Of a DNA stretch of 64,000 nt, positions 62,939 to 64,000 are shown in pieces. Source of the stretch: an uncultured delta proteobacterium (lineage in GTDB: Bacteria; Myxococcota_A; Polyangia; Fen-1088); assembly GCA_963737265.1 (NCBI GenBank), contig CAVTRY010000011.1:512001-576000 (forward strand). Direction: 5' to 3'. The position numbers and the translations under genes are program-made. The first letter of the stretch is position 1. Each line of letters starts with the position of its first letter. Below the pieces are notes generated by a model. It was not told where the DNA came from and searched no databases. It saw only the letters and a list, made by a program, of their open reading frames with translations.

Positions 62939-63945
62939 GGAGCTTTCTTCTCCTGGGCGCTCGCCTTGTCGGCGCGCAGTTTGGCGATGGTTTCAGCAAC
63001 GACGGACATGCGGTGGGAAATCTCGTCCCGGTCCTGCCGGGAGACATGGAGCGTGCCCTCGACGGAGGTTTCCTCCGCCGAGAAGCGTATCGAATCGATC
63101 ACGCGGGTGAAGCCGAAGGCCGCCACGATGGGGCGGACCCTCGCTTCGCCAATGTGCTCGGCGAGCCTGGCCGCCAAGTCGCGTGCCTGCAACTCCGTGC
63201 GCAGAACGCCCACCGTGGTCAGGTCGAGATCGCCGCCGAGATCGAGACGCCCGCCGAGCTCTTCCATGGTTCCGCCCTCGCCGGTCTCGCGCATCAGTTC
63301 TTCGCGGGTTGCCGGCTGCAGCCGCACGAAGAGCGAGGCGACGGGCATCGCCGAGCCCTTGGCGCGGGCGAGCGCCGCGCGCAGGCGCAGGAGCCAGGAT
63401 TCGGAATCGATGGCGCGAGCCACGCCAAGATTACAGTCGAGTGCTGCTCTGACCGCGATGGTCATCCCCGAAAGCACGACACGTTGGCCGACGAAGGCCA
63501 ACGACTCCTGGCCGCGAATCAGCAGGTCCGCGCCGCGATAGACGCTGCTTTCTACCGCCGTTCCGGTTTGGGCGAATGCCTTGCTCATCCGTTCGCGCAC
63601 GAATCTGCCCTGGGCGATAAGAACGCCCGCCCCATCTTGCAAGGCGGGAATCTTGGCGAAAATTAGACGATCCACGTCGCGAACTCGGTCGAAGCCAGGA
63701 TCGGTCGCGCCGCCTGAGCTGGCGACGGTAGCCAAACTGTCACGCGTCCACGGCGAGTCGCGCAGCTGGGCCAGATCCGCCCAGACCACCAGATCCGCCT
63801 CGGCGGGAACCATAGTCCACAAGTCGTCGTCGTCGAGAGTCGGACGCGCGGTTGATGCCGCGCCGGGTGCCAGGGAAGAGGATTCCGCGCAAGCTGCGGC
63901 CAAACACAAAAACGACAACGCCCCGACGACGCGCAATCCGTTCAC
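62935..63945 (-). CDS. Hypothetical lipoprotein
   Basis: Lipobox AAAC. 4-nt overlap with the aroA start. Confidence 0.7.
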   Translation of the reverse strand: MNGLRVVGALSFLCLAAACAESSSLAPGAASTARPTLDDDDLWTMVPAEADLVVWADLAQLRDSPWTRDSLATVASSGGATDPGFDRVRDVDRLIFAKIPALQDGAGVLIAQGRFVRERMSKAFAQTGTAVESSVYRGADLLIRGQESLAFVGQRVVLSGMTIAVRAALDCNLGVARAIDSESWLLRLRAALARAKGSAMPVASLFVRLQPATREELMRETGEGGTMEELGGRLDLGGDLDLTTVGVLRTELQARDLAARLAEHIGEARVRPIVAAFGFTRVIDSIRFSAEETSVEGTLHVSRQDRDEISHRMSVVAETIAKLRADKASAQEKKAP

Positions 63946-64000
63946 CCCTTAACAAGTCGCTGGCGGCAAGCCTGGCCGGCGGTCAGCAGACGCTCCAAGG
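63942..64000 (-). CDS. C-terminus of an upstream gene (possibly prephenate dehydrogenase), partial
   Basis: LERLLTAGQACRQRLVKG* with GTGA overlap. Identity is guessed only from the aroA context. Confidence 0.3.
   Translation of the reverse strand, partial: LERLLTAGQACRQRLVKG

Overview
GC-rich bacterial chromosome segment. The Ser/Thr-kinase-STAND-TPR protein, Gly- and Cys-rich lipoproteins, MYXO-CTERM-like tail and PrkA suggest Myxococcota/Polyangia (inference). HydF, rubredoxin/flavodiiron protein and paaK-ACT suggest an anaerobic or microoxic lifestyle. Main blocks: hisG; paaK-ACT-aminotransferase; an orphan AbiEi-like gene; a minus-strand run aspA-hydF-amrB/amrA-DUF362-amrS-membrane spermidine-synthase-like gene whose AmmeMemoRadiSam members carry export signals; rubredoxin-fprA; a kdpFABC locus with an extra 27-aa membrane peptide, a sigma-54-type promoter, split KdpD/kinase and an NtrC-family regulator instead of KdpE; a cluster of surface proteins (GH62, tandem-domain lipoprotein, Cys-rich lipoprotein, surface DUF362); rlpA, acs, a large kinase, yqjDEK-like genes, ftsB-GGDEF, a decayed ABC-ATPase/TOPRIM pair, prkA, mlaC-like, HDOD and aroA. 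The clearest unannotated structure is a 165-bp hairpin-rich MITE-like element present twice. Each copy is flanked by a TGA target duplication, and one copy splits the TOPRIM-like gene. Many single-base frameshifts probably reflect long-read consensus errors. No rRNA, tRNA or CRISPR array was seen. All family assignments come from motif recognition by eye, not database searches.
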